Shown: positions 38,905 through 52,205, counted from the first letter of the whole stretch. The stretch: 63,777 bases of DNA, filler included, from Dugesia japonica (GCA_001938525.1; 6 parts of 6 records of this genome joined end to end with filler, not necessarily neighbours in it); one strand, 5' to 3'. A program made the numbers and translations. The notes: generated by a model not told the origin, from the letters alone.

Positions 38905-39085
38905 TCATTTAAAATAAAGGCTTCGATCAAAATTTTCTTTTTTGCTTTTTTTGAGATTGATTCAATCAATCTCAAAAAAAGCAAAAAAGAAAATTTTGAC
39001 CGAAGCTTTTATTTTAAATAAATTCTAAAAAATGATCAATGGTTACGTCCAACAATTATTCTCGCAATAATTGCAATTGTAAAAA
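38905..39085 (+). mobile_element. Palindromic pLTR insertion without ribozyme core
   Basis: Centre GAGATTGATT-C-AATCAATCTC (C at 38963); tail; direct repeat AAACCATATCA at 38897-38907 and 39083-39093. Confidence 0.9.
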
Positions 39086-40142
39086 CCATATCAATTAAAT
39101 AAAGTTAATCGTGGAGTCTTTTATGAAAGATACTATTCCTGGAGAAATGAAATAGTTTGTGTAAGATTAATAATAACTTTAAGAGCATCTTTATCAGTTG
39201 ACTGAACAATATCGTTTGAAGCATCATCAACTATTAATTGAATTAAATATTTTTTGAAAGCATTAAAGTCATGTTTGTTTGGGAGGTTTGTGACTCGAGA
39301 GTGGGAAAGAACGTATAATGAAATAAAATCTAGTTAATTTTTCTTCCACGAGGATAGTTGAAAGGCTTTTAAAATTTGTTTAAGTTTTTTTCAAAATACT
39401 GAAGAAAATGTTGGGGTAAAACACCTGCTATAGAAAATAAAAATAACGATATGTAAACCCGAAATTTGAAAGAATGTCATAAGAAAAGAAAACAAAGAAT
39501 CCAGACAAAAAGAAATAACGCAGTTCAGTTAAAGAAAGAAATAATTAAAGAGAAAATCAGTTTAGGGAGCTAAAACTTACGAAATAACCAAAAAACTCTA
39601 GAATCACATTAGGAAACAATTCAGAAATAAGAAAGTCAAAGAAGAAAAGAAGTACCAAAAACTATAATAATAATAATGAATAACAACCAAGCAATTAGTT
39701 AATTGAACAAAAATAAGGAAATCATATTGAATTAATAATTGAAGAAAGAGAAAATAGATTAAATGGATTAATTAGTATAAGAAAACGACGAAATTAAATT
39801 AATTTTAGATCAAAAACGAAAAATGAACATCCAATTAATAATTAAGAAGAAAATAAATTAAATAATTTATTTAAAATAAAATAAATCATACAAACTAAAA
39901 TGATTTATTATAAAAAAGAAAATTAAATTTATACGAACATATAAGAAAATGAAGACTTCCCATTGAGATAAAATTAGCAATTAAGAAAATTATAATCAAG
40001 AAGAAATCGGAAATTTCGAACATTCAAGTCCAAAAACTATAGGAAGACTAAGAAAAAAGATTGAACAATGGTAATCCAAAAATATTGGAATTCCAAAATT
40101 CTAACTAATAAGAAAAACCAAGTGTCAGAACTAGAACAAACC

Positions 40143-40245
40143 AACCAATAAAAACGCAATAATTGCATATTAACCAATAAAAACGAAGAGGGCGTATAAG
40201 AAAACCGGTATAAATACCGATGTAATTTTCAGCAAAAAATCATTC
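40143..40245 (+). promoter_or_regulatory. Pol II promoter-like module, possibly an LTR U3/R junction
   Basis: AACCAATAAAAACG twice (40143, 40172), GGGCG, TATAAATA at 40209, Inr-like TCATT at 40240. Confidence 0.5.
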
Positions 40246-41102
40246 AAAATCATCATCAAATTTCTGAATAGAAAGTCTCAACTATTACAAGCGGTAAGCA
40301 TTTCATCAATTTGGTTTTGGGCAACGGTTTCCGACTTGAGAAAAATAAGATGAGAAGAAACGGAAGATTTCCTGAGTGACAATAATAGCTACCGAAGAGA
40401 TACCTATCCAAGCGCCGTGCTTGCTCCGGATCGGGATACAGACCACGTTAGTTTTATTGATTGCTGTAATTAGTAAACTAGTTTATAACAAGTAAAAATT
40501 TTAGTAATCATCTTATGTTTTTCACTAGGCAAATATTTTGTTTTAATAAAGACGAATTTAACCATAAAACTCCCATAATGGGATAATTTATGAATTAAGG
40601 GTATTAAGTAAATTAACTGGGTTAAGCTTTCGTAACCATTCTGTATTGTAAGATTTGATTAAATTGTTACCAATAATGCTGAGTAGTATAGTAGTGCAGT
40701 ATCTAATGTCATGTTTATTTATCGCGTGTATTTAAACAATTAGTATTTAATATATTTTTATCAGTATTTTTCTTAACGAGTTATAAGTATTTTATACTTA
40801 TTTGTCAGTATGTATTTATAAATAATCAGTATTCAAGGAATCAATAATAAAGTGAACGATTTAATCAGTATAATAACTAACGTACTAGTATAAAATATAA
40901 ATTATCAGTATAATAACTAAAAGATCAGCATTGGATATAAACAATCAGTATTATGATATCAATGCGTCAGAATGTAATATAATTAATCAGTATTCGATGT
41001 AAAAATATCAGTAGTTTATTTATGAAAATTTCCAAAATCCCTTTATTTGGTAATTTTTTTAATTTTAGTCCTTTTAAATTACTATTATTACTATTTTATT
41101 TA

Positions 41103-42308
41103 GGCGCACCGCCAAAATAACAATTTCAAAATAACGATCTTTAAAATAGCAACCATCAAAATGGCGACTACTTCATAATGGCAACCATCAAAATTGCGAC
41201 TACTTCATAATGGTGACCAATAAAATAGCGACTACTTCAAAATGACGAATAATTCAAATGGCGAATTTATTTAATTTTAAGAAATTCTTAATCGATTATT
41301 TTGCTGAATTTTTAAAAGAAATGATAATATTCAATCATGGATTGTTTGTGTTTGCAGTAGAATTTGATTTGTGTCGTTAATAAGTTGGAAATTATTTCAC
41401 AAAAAAATTAAGTCAATAAAACAGTCATATCCGTGAAACTTTTATTTAAAAGTTTCATTTATTTAAACGTAAGTATACTTTTTTAAATATACATATAAAT
41501 TAATTTAAACATATTTGCATTCCTATTATACTTCTTTTTTCAGAGTTTGCCACCTTTTCCGTTATTATTATTCTATTGAATTCTTTCTTTAAGGATCTAT
41601 GTTATGAAATAATAGCTATTTTAACGATTGCTATTATTAAATAATCGTTATTTTATGATCTTTTTTAAAAAGTAGTCGCTATTTTAGAAACTCCGAAAAA
41701 TTAGGTAAAACTATAAATCGAGGAAATTGATTTTTAAAAATTTAAATTTTTATCCATAATGTAAGAACAATAATCAAATATTGATTTAAATACTACTATG
41801 ACTAAAAGGAAAACATCAATAAAAAATTAAAAAATAAATTAATCACGAAATAAAACTCTTAAAAAAGAAGTATAATAAGAATGCAAATATGCTTAAATTA
41901 ATTCATATATATACTTGCGTTTAAATAAATGAAAATTTTATCTAAAAGCTCCACGAATATCACTGTTTTATTGACTTAATATTTTTATTTTGAAATAATT
42001 TCCAACTTATTACCGACACAAATCAAATTCTAATCACATGTAAACACAAACAATCCATGATTTGATATTATCGTTTCTTTTAAAAAATTCAGCAATATAT
42101 TCGATTCAGAATTTCATAAAATTAAATGAATTTACGAAATATTTAATATAAAAAAATATTTCAACAATTAATTTGAAAAAATATTTAAAATTTACACAAA
42201 AGATTTAAATTAGTCCTATTTTGATAATCGCCATTTTGAAGTAGTCACTATTTTGAAGATAACTGTTTTGTGATCGCTATTTTGTGATCACCATTATTAA
42301 CGTAAACC
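41103..42308. mobile_element. Mutator-like foldback element
   Basis: GG..CC termini, 9-bp TSD TTTTATTTA, subterminal AAAATGGCGACTACTTC-type arrays inverted at both ends, internal ~280-bp inverted repeat (41263-41540 / 41861-42132). Confidence 0.85.
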
Positions 42309-42338
42309 TTTTATTTATAGTATTTTTTAATTTAGAAA

Positions 42339-44030
42339 ATGGAATCAAATTTAGAATATTATTAGTCTGATGATGATGCAGAAACGACGTTTAAACCAGA
42401 AAGATAACGGAAAAGGCAACGAACTTGAATTAAAATAAGCGCATTAAACTGCAAAACGGATGCTTTAGAAGAAATAGCCAAAGAAGAAATATGGAGTTCA
42501 TATTTAAAAAAAACGGTAGACGGTTTAAAAATATGTTTTCGTTGCAATAAAGAAAAAACGGATAGGAGTACAATGTAATGCATGGTTATTTATGATTGAA
42601 CATATAAAAACTGAGACTGTTTCTATTTTTAAAACTGTGGAGGAGCATTCACATGATAGTGACCAGTAATATCCACCAAAAGAAATAGAAATTTAATTTG
42701 ATTTGAAAATGAAACCCAAAAAGAATGTTGTTAATTTTAATTGAAAAAGAGTACAAGTTTAAAAACAAAAGACAACTAAGAAATCATTTGTTAAAATTAA
42801 GAAAGCAAAAATATGGACCTTCGAAAATCAGTTTGGCTGACCTGGAGCAGTAGATTCTGATGACACTGCATTAGAAATTTCATATTATGTTCATCATGAA
42901 AATGAATCTAGTGAAGAAAATGAAGCTCAAAAATTTGAAATTTTCATTTCAACTATGCGTTTGTTATAAACCTGTGCAGTGTCAAAAGTAATTCATACTA
43001 CTGCCACCCACAAATTGGTTTGGGAGGGTATGCCCACCAAGTTGGTTGGCACAACAGATATGAGTCGCCATTTATATCTGTTTGGTATAGCAGTATGTTC
43101 ACACGAGAAATAAAAATATTCCGTGGTCATTTTCCGATCATTTAATATTGGCGGAAAAATGTTAATATAGATATAAAGTTTTTAGTGTTTGATGCTTTTT
43201 ATGCATTCAGAAATACTTTCACTGATGATTTTGGAACTGATAAAGTTTTAATCATTTGTTGGGCACATATGAGGCGTGCTGTTATAAAGAAAATAGAATC
43301 GTTGGTAAAAAACATATTGGTCATTTACACATAGCCTCATCATCTGATATATTAGAGCAAGCATTACGGCTATTTATAAATAAGTGGACATCAAAAGAAA
43401 ATGCATTGTTGAACTATATGAAGCTTCAATGGTTTACCTTACATAAAAATTTGTATGAAAGTGCAGGATATCGAATTCCTTCCACAAACAATGCTTCAGA
43501 GACATTTAAATTAGTAATTAAAAAAGAAGCTACTTTTAGAGAAGATAAACTCTTGCTAGATTTTTGAATTTAATAGTCGAGACGACACATATGTGGAAAA
43601 TAACAATTATGTTAAAGTTTTTAACAAAGCGATAACTGTAGACTTAGAGCTTTGGATTAAAAGCTATCATTGGGCAAAAGAAAAAATAAATCTTTCGCAT
43701 TACAATAGTTCAGGTGAATATATATTCTCGTCAGACAAAAATCCAATTATATTAAAAAATGATTAAAAATTTTTTAAAGAAATGAAGTGNAAATTCTTTG
43801 ATGATTATAAAAATAAAACCTTCAAATTTTTGGTTGTAAGATTACAACACCCATTAAACAATATCACCAATTCTACCTGTTTATGTCCAGAATTTTTGAA
43901 GAAGTATTTGTGCAAACATGTAATAGGATTAATTATAAAACTTAAATATATTAAACCACAAAACAATTACCCATTGGAGAGACACGTCGACGAAATCGAT
44001 CCCCATTTGCAACTCGTGCACTTATAATAG
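42339..44030 (+). pseudogene. MULE transposase with SWIM zinc finger, disrupted
   Basis: IHTTATHKLVWEGMP..VGTTD..FGIAVCSHE, CWAHMRR, PSTNNASETF, SWIM CLCPEFLKKYLCKHVIG. Confidence 0.88.
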
Positions 44031-44324
44031 ATTAGTTATTTTTGTATCTTTGCAGTTCATGTAGCATTTTTTCTATATTAGGCATCAGACAGGCTTGTCT
44101 AAAAGTTACTTTATTTAATTGACTACAATCAAAACACAAAATATTCCTTATTTTTATAGAACCTAGATAAGTGGTGCGTTCCTTTACAAATTATATTTAC
44201 TAATAATCCTGAGCTGCTCCAAATTATGAATAACTTCTTTTATTTTACTTTCTAAATAAACAGGTTATCTTCTGGGTTTCGTAAATATTGAAGTGATTTC
44301 TGTTACTGGGTTATTTTTCACAAA

Positions 44325-44690
44325 CTATGCACATCCTATGCCCCACTTATGAGCCAGAAAAATACAAGAATGTTTTTTAATTAACCTATATAATGTATGA
44401 TCTTTACTTCTTTGAATAATTGAAATTACTTTCAAAAATTGTTTACTATCCCGCGTTATTTCGTTTATTTTTAGTACGAAGATAAGTTTTTCGTTACCAG
44501 ATATATGGAATTTATAATTATTATTAATTTCTATTTCTTGTCCTAAAATCATCAGTTTAATATTAAATTTATTCAACAAATCTATCCCCGCTATTAATTT
44601 TGAAAATGCTTTTAGCAACATAGAATTTAATTATTTTTATTTCTTTATTAATTGTATCGTATAGCCTACAAATTCTCTCTATTTCTAAAG
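44325..44690 (-). mobile_element. Gypsy protease/pol-linker fragment
   Basis: IAGIDLL and IFLAHKWGIG parallel IILGID and SNKWDIG of the 24.9-kb element. Confidence 0.55.
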
Positions 44691-46090
44691 AATTGTTATT
44701 TGCGCAAAAATTATTAATATCAGGTTTTACANNNNNNNNNNNNNNNNNNNNNNNNNNNNNNNNNNNNNNNNNNNNTTAATTAATTAANNNNNNNNNNNNN
44801 NNNNNNNNNNNNNNNNNNNNNNNNNNNNNNNTAGCAATTGTTTAGCATAGTAATTATATTTTTATATGTATAATTTCTTTTTGATTAAATAAGTTATTTT
44901 GTAAGAATAATTTTTCCAATTCTCACCATCACAAGCGAAGTAGTGAAATTGGATAGTGAGATAGATTTTCCACATCTACTTTTAGTCGTTTAGATCACGG
45001 TTTAGAAACAGATTGCTAACGTCTCATTAAATTGTTAATTATAAATCTTTTTTTAAAAATATTTGGAAATTTGAATATGAAATTTGAAACAATGGAAATG
45101 GTATTAATAGAGGTTTGGTATAATATAAAATGAATTCAGTGAATATATACATTTACTAATTAAAGTGTAAATTTGATAAAATCTGTAATAAAATACTCAC
45201 TAAAATATGTCTTGCAGGTCTATTTTATAATTACGGGGAAACAAAATAATACATTTCGATCATCAATGTCTACAAAATACAGTTTTTAACAAATATATAC
45301 ATTTACTATTTAACATAAAAAATCAGTAAATTGTAAATAAAAATAAAAATAATGAAAACATCTTTATTTAATTCAGCTTAATTTTTGATAGATTCTAATT
45401 GTAATATAAACATTAGAGTAAATATGTTTTAAATTATCCAAGTGTGCATCAATCAAAAATAAATAATAAATCATTTAATTATTAATCAAAATAACTAGTG
45501 AAAGCTTGAATAGTTCATATCAAATTTGAAATACTGGAAATCTCAATTATTTCTAAAAAAAATAAAATCATTGTTGTCATTCCAAACACTTAATCATCCC
45601 GATAGACTAGTTTTGATTATCAATTAACGGGGAAATGAATCAAAAATTTTATACTTGATGGAATTTTTTATAACTATTTTATTAGTAAATAATATTCTTT
45701 GGAAAAAATTATTTTATCGTACTGTTAATGATGTAATTTCAGCTTTTTATTTATTTATTTCGTTTATTTATCAGTTTATTATATAATACTGATTTATTGA
45801 ATAGAGCAGACTGAAACAGTTAGAGACATAAGACAACAACTAGTTTGACATTATAATTTGATTAGAAATCATCCAAGATCATAAATAACTTGGTTGAAAT
45901 GAGTAAACATAAATTAAATGACTTTATAAATAAATTTTTATTGTAAATAAAATAATACAATTATTAATAATAAATTAATTGTGTTGTAAAATAATAGTAA
46001 ATGTAATAAATTAAAAATATCATTTAATATACTTTAAAATAAATTTTTATTATTACTATTATTCTCATAATTATTACGATTATTATTATA

Positions 46091-46121
<31 letters not shown>

Positions 46122-46313
46122 NNNNNNNNNNNNNNNNNNNNNNNNNNNNNNNNNNNNNNNNNNNNNNNNNNNNNNNNNNNNNNNNNNNNNNNNNNNNNNN
46201 NNNNNNNNNNNNNNNNNNNNNNNNNNNNNNNNNNNNNNNNNNNNNNNNNNNNNNNNNNNNNNNNNNNNNNNNNNNNNNNNNNNNNNNNNNNNNNNNNNNN
46301 NNNNNNNNNNNNN

Positions 46314-46376
<63 letters not shown>

Positions 46377-46384
46377 TTAATTAC

Positions 46385-46906
46385 AAAAGAGGGTTTTGAA
46401 GGCTTCAAATGAAACTTTGGTAACACTGCAGACATATTATGTTTTTCTACATCAAATTGTTACGGGTGACAAGAAGTAGATTTATTTTCACAAAAAAATA
46501 ATTTGTAACTCTCTAAAGCAATACAAAAAATGGGAAAACACTCTGCTATACATCCGTTGGAACCATAAGAGTGTGATCCATTATGAACTAGTAACTGGTC
46601 ACAGGAGACATTCCCCAAGATCAGATAATCTGTCTAAGACAAGCATTGTGTAAGAAACGATCAGAGTATGAGATAAACCCATTGTGTTGAATGACAACGC
46701 CCTGCCACAGATCTCAAAATATGTTCAGAAAATGTTTTAAAAAAGCTTCGATTGGATGTACTACACCAATGCAGATTATTTATCAGACTGTGTATCTTTC
46801 ATCAGCTTCCTCCAAGATGGAAGAAAGTCTTTATTAACCATGTATCTTAAACGTTCTAAGACAAAAAACGCTTTAAAAAATTCACTTTCAACGCAGACAC
46901 CTAATA
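46385..46906 (+). mobile_element. Decayed mariner
   Basis: HQIVTGD remnant, V+HYEL, LNDNALP, terminal ACACCTAATA. Confidence 0.7.
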
Positions 46907-48028
46907 TAAATGCAATTATCAATCAATAGTTATTTATTTCCTCAAATACGTTTTACTAAACAAGCACTTAATGAATAATCGTAATTTTAGAATATTATTT
47001 AAGCAAAATATAAGATTATTTTATTAATTATTAGTTATTTAATAACTGAAAACTTTAATTTAAAGAAAAGAAATCGTTTATCGAATTTATAATATTACAA
47101 ATTGCATTATGTTGATTCATCAAGCTTTTCAATCAATTATGCAATTAGTTTGGGGAGTTCTGTCAAATTACGCATTTGAAGGGATAGAATGTAATAATTG
47201 ATTACTTTTCTTTATATAAATATTACTAAATCATTCTTCATTTTCTTTGTTTAAATAAGATAACAATAACAATTCTTTAGTGTTATTTAAATATTTAGTC
47301 TTGTTTCTCTAAAAGAAACAATGAGATAAATAAGGAAATGAAATAGATTTTATTGTTTTCTTAAAATTTTAATTTTTATATTTCATTTAATTATTTCGTA
47401 ATTTCTGTAGATTTTAATTAATTTCTTCTAATCAATCATTTAAATTTTCCTCTAATAATAATGATTTATTTATTACTTTTATTCTGTGAATTCATTATCA
47501 TTTTCTATGTATATTTTCGTATGAATAAATAAATATATATGATTAATAAAGGTTTCCATGAAATGGTATATTATATATAACACTATATTTTATTAGTAGA
47601 ATATATTATGAGGAAATAATTATTAATTAATAATTTCACCCAATAGAAATTGAGTTATATAAATATTAATATTGAAATGCTTGTATTCAATATTAGTTAT
47701 ATTATGATATAGTTTGTAGTAGTAAAATAAATGGTATCTCAAAATATTAGTAGTGATTTGCAAAATGAATTACCAATTGAAGATTTACCTAACATATATA
47801 TTTTGTTATCATGAAATAATGATAATAATTAATTAATTCAAATAAAGATGATTATTTGAAAATAAAATACATAAATTCAATTAATGAAATTCGTGTTAAA
47901 TTAATACCCAAAGAAAGTAATGAAATATAATGAATACATTATATTTAGTTGTGTTTAAAAACTCAAAAAACATTGACAACGTTTTCATGAAAATAATAGA
48001 ACGCCGTATTTTTAAAATATTTATTTTG

Positions 48029-48068
48029 TGCAATCGATATCGACAGGAATAACCGTCATCATCAGGCA
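48029..48068 (-). ncRNA. Hammerhead-like motif of a second family, core-mutated
   Basis: UGC-CUGAUGA-U-GACGG-UUAUU-CCUGUC-GAUA-UCGA-UU-GCA: stem II present, palindromic UCGA loop III, GAAA reads GAUA. Confidence 0.55.
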
Positions 48069-49636
48069 ATTAAAGATTAATAAAACAAACTATTTACAAA
48101 GTTTAAATTATTATATAATTTTAATTATGTAATCTCAATAAACAACCAATAAAGTAATTTTAACAGAAATGTTGAATCCGTCAACTGAACATTAATTTTA
48201 GAATTTAATGCCATTATCAACAATGCTACACATCACTCCCTCCCAATAATTATTAAATCCACTACACAAGATATTAAAATAAAAACACCCTATTGAATTT
48301 ATACATTTTCTTCGATGCTCAACAAAATATTAATATTTCCACTATTTTGATTATGCTCTTGTACTCCGGTGTAAGTTGTATTTATTAATTATTTGCAACA
48401 TTTTAATCATTTTCAAAAACATTTTATTTTGTTTATATTAAATACGATTATAAGTTTAATTAATGATTGATTAAATAAATAAATATTATTTAATTACGTA
48501 ATTAATTATTCATTCTGTTTGAAATAAACTAGGAGAAAACCAGAAATAAAAAAATTGGTCGATTAATTAATTTTATTAATTGAAGTTCAGGTCATAAAAT
48601 TTTAAACTTTATTTTAAGTTTTTTCGGGTTTTATTTTATTATAATTCATTTGGAAATATATTTAGTTTTTTCAAGAATAATATGTTGTTTATTGGTTAAT
48701 TTAAATTAATCGTATAATTTACAATTTTATTTCATAATTAAAACAAAAACTAAAAGAAAATATAATATTCTTTGTTAAAACCGAAATTAGATAATGAATT
48801 TTCAATTTGATAAAATTAGTAATGAAAACAGAGAAATATAATATATAATATATAATATATAAATATTTATATTAAGTAAAAATAAAATCGTTAACCAATA
48901 CGAAATGAAATTATCTTTTTTTTATTACAACAATTCATTTCTATTTGGATGTGAAATTTATTTTTCTGTTGAATATTCCAATAAAATTTAGCGGAAAAAA
49001 ATGATTTTAGAATAAAAAAACATTTAACATCAACATTCAAAATCAATAATGACACGATTATTCGCCATTGGAAGAATTTTCAAACAACTCTAAAAATTTT
49101 ACTTTAGAAAATTACTTTAATGTTCGGTTTAATTTATTATAATTAAAATTGAATCTTTCATTATTATATGATGAAATTTTAGATTTTTAAAAAATATTAA
49201 ATCGGGTATATTAAATTTTGAAGAGAACAGAAATTATATCTTTTTTGCTTAAGAATTTAAGTACATTTTACTTTTTTAATTCAAATTAAAATTAAATTAA
49301 TTTAATTAAATTTTTAATATAAATATAAATAATAAAAGTCAATNNNNNNNNNNNNNNNNNNNNNNNNNNNNNNNNNNNNNNNNNNNNNNNNNNNNNNNNN
49401 NNNNNNNNNNNNNNNNNNNNNNNNNNNNNNNNNNNNNNNNNNNNNNNNNNNNNNNNNNNNNNNNNNNNNNNNNNNNNNNNNNNNNNNNNNNNNNNNNNNN
49501 NNNNNNNNNNNNNNNNNNNNNNNNNNNNNNNNNATAAATATAAATATAAATATAAATATAAATATAAATATAAATATAAATATAAATATAAATATAAATA
49601 TAACAAGTAATAAATCGGAAACACATATTTACTTTT

Positions 49637-50795
49637 ATTAGGTGTACAAATATGACTAGGGCTTTTGCAGAGATATTGGTAAAACTTGTGCTTTCATGTT
49701 ATAAGTATTTGTAAAATCAAACATCATAATGTGAAATTTGTTAAAGTCNNNNNNNNNNNNNNNNNNNNNNNNNNNNNNNNNNNNNNNNNNNNNNNNNNNN
49801 NNNNNNNNNNNNNNNNNNNNNNNNNNNNNNNNNNNNNNNNNNNNNNNNNNNNNNNNNNNNNNNNNNNNNNNNNNNNNNNNNNNNNNNNNNNNNNNTTATT
49901 CGCATATTGTATTATATAAAAATTATTTTTTGAAATATTTTATAGTAAGAAGTTTTTTTAAATTATTTGAAATATTGTATATTTTTGAAATGTTTTTAAA
50001 AGTGTAAATTTTTGTGAAATTATTTTGAAGGATTATTGACAGGTATATTATTAGAAAATACATCGTATGTGTAATTTTTTTTAAAAAATTGATATGTTTT
50101 TATATAGATTTTATATTCTCAGGTATGGATTATTTGTTTAAATATGATTGATTAAGCTTGCATTCATTTTAGCTTTAATGCAACAATTGTCTATTTGAAT
50201 AAAAATTATAGATAATTGTATACTTCTTATTTTAACTAATATGTATTTTGCGACGTCTATACTGCATGGACATGATTCGAAAATTGGAGAATTGGATTCC
50301 AATCTACGTAAACTTACTATATCAACACCGAAACCAACCTTCTATTATATGAAAGTTATTCTATGAATCTTATAGACTCCTAAAGGTTTCGTCCATTACG
50401 AATTGCTATAATTATTGGAAACCACAACAAGTGAATGTTGCAACATGATATTTCTAGGCCACATATTCATTCAGTTGTTAAGAATTACTTAGAAGCAGTA
50501 AGCTGAGAAGTCTTACATCACTCACTGTATTCACCAAAAGATGCTCCTTCGGATTGTCATTTGTTTCGCTTAATAGAGTCAGTACTTTTGTGAGAGTGGT
50601 TCAGTGCTATTGAAGACTTTCAATATTGAATAGATAGCCGAATTACTTCAAAATAGTCAGAATTCGTTTTTTACTGAATTCATTCGTTGCCTGAAAGATG
50701 GATAAAAGTCTTAGTTTCAAATAAAACCTATTTTAAATAAATTTTTTTAAATCAAACCTTTTAAGAAAAATCTAGAGTCATTTTCTGCACATAAT
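49637..50795 (+). mobile_element. Decayed mariner with TIRs
   Basis: TATTAGGTGTACAAATATGACT / AGTCATTTTCTGCACATAATA; HSLYSPKDAPSDCHLFR. Confidence 0.75.
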
Positions 50796-50827
50796 AATGA
50801 TAATGAATAATGATAACTTTGCTTAAA

Positions 50828-51000
50828 TATATTGGAGGATTTGGTTTGTTTAAATTTATTTGGCGTCATTTTCAAATGGACAATGAAAAAGTGCATTATA
50901 GAAATATTTTACTTATTTTATTTCAAGAAAGGCAAACCAGTTGCAAATGTGCATACAAATAAATGTGACGTGTATGGTTTTGAGGTGGTAACATATTGCA
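50828..51000 (+). mobile_element. Mariner N-terminal fragment
   Basis: FYFKKGKPVANVHTNKCDVYGFEVVT. Confidence 0.65.
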
Positions 51001-51025
51001 TGATATTAACAATTGAATGACATTA

Positions 51026-51327
51026 TCTATATAAATAAAAATGTAAATGTTCGCTTGTTCAAAATCAAATAACTCTAAATCAAATTATTCACCGATAGCC
51101 TTGAAATTTTGGCGAATCACTTCTCACATGAATAATTGTATGTTGCGTGTTCTAGGTTCGGCAAACCAAGTAATCTACATATCTACACAAACAATGAAAC
51201 AACAAAAGATATTGTATATCCACAAGCATTGTAAAATTAAATATATTAGAAACGTATTCATTCTCTTTTCTTTTCTGTTTCATTCAACCTAACTGAGTTA
51301 CAGCAACATGTGACCGAGTATGGATAG
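51026..51327 (+). mobile_element. Non-autonomous mini-Helitron
   Basis: A|TCTATATAAATAAAAATG 5' end; helicase C-terminus LYVACSRFGKPSNL..TKDIVYPQAL*; decayed subterminal GC-rich segment; ATAG|T end. Confidence 0.85.
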
Positions 51328-51752
51328 TATTAAAATAAAAATAATGATTTTTGTAATATGCATATATGTTTTATCGTATCGATATATAATCATATTGTTT
51401 TTTACATATACTTATAGATAATCGATAGTTTTCTTTTACAAATTGGTGTGGGTTATTTAAAGATTTAAAATTAAAAATATGCTAATAATAATTTTATAGC
51501 AAGCAATAAATAAATTTCATTTCAAGTATTCCGAATTTCCGCATCGTCAAGCACATCTCAATCGATTATTCTTCTGTAATTGTTGTAAGTTTATTAACTG
51601 TATTAAAATTCAACATTTAAATTATCAAATTGTAAAAGCTACTTGTATAGGAAATAACATTTATTTTTAAGTTATTATCTATTTTATTAATAATGGTTTG
51701 ATTTTAAATTAATTTTATTATATATTATATATTTATTTTGTAAATTTTAGAA

Positions 51753-52205
51753 ATGGTCCAACTGTTCTATTATGAGAGCAGAGGCCAAAGATGTCAACAG
51801 TTAATTCGTCATGATGGACCACCAATCAGAGTTCAACTTCATGCTTATGAAGGCTGGGCACAACCGGCTTTATGTTCCTATTTATTGCTCAGATTTCCAT
51901 GGTATCGTAGAAAACGCTGTCATATCACTCAAATAATTGGAGGTGTCAAACAACCTTCATTAACTGGGCGATTTATTCAATCTGGAGTTGACGGATGTAT
52001 GATTATTAGAGGAAGGTTAAATAAAAATTCAAAGAAAACAGATGGAAACGATATGACACATTTTCAATTAAGTTTAACATCAGCAGTTAGCGAAGAAGAT
52101 TTCGTTCTTGGTTACTGTTTAACTGGTTTTCTACAACATGGAAGAAAAGTAGATGATTGGTGGGAGATGACACACTATGCCATGGTTCGCCGTAAAGGAT
52201 ATTGA
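51753..52205 (+). CDS. 150-aa protein of unknown function in a single coding exon
   Basis: Intact ORF with elevated GC; ttttag acceptor 2 nt before the ATG. Confidence 0.75.
   Translation: MVQLFYYESRGQRCQQLIRHDGPPIRVQLHAYEGWAQPALCSYLLLRFPWYRRKRCHITQIIGGVKQPSLTGRFIQSGVDGCMIIRGRLNKNSKKTDGNDMTHFQLSLTSAVSEEDFVLGYCLTGFLQHGRKVDDWWEMTHYAMVRRKGY

Noticed and set aside
42368-42392. CTGATGA..GAAA hammerhead-like string; also at 22015 and 42857
   Set aside because: No credible stems I and II; two lie inside the MULE coding remnant.
47600-47930. Possible penton-like remnant
   Set aside because: Too degraded to support without a profile search.
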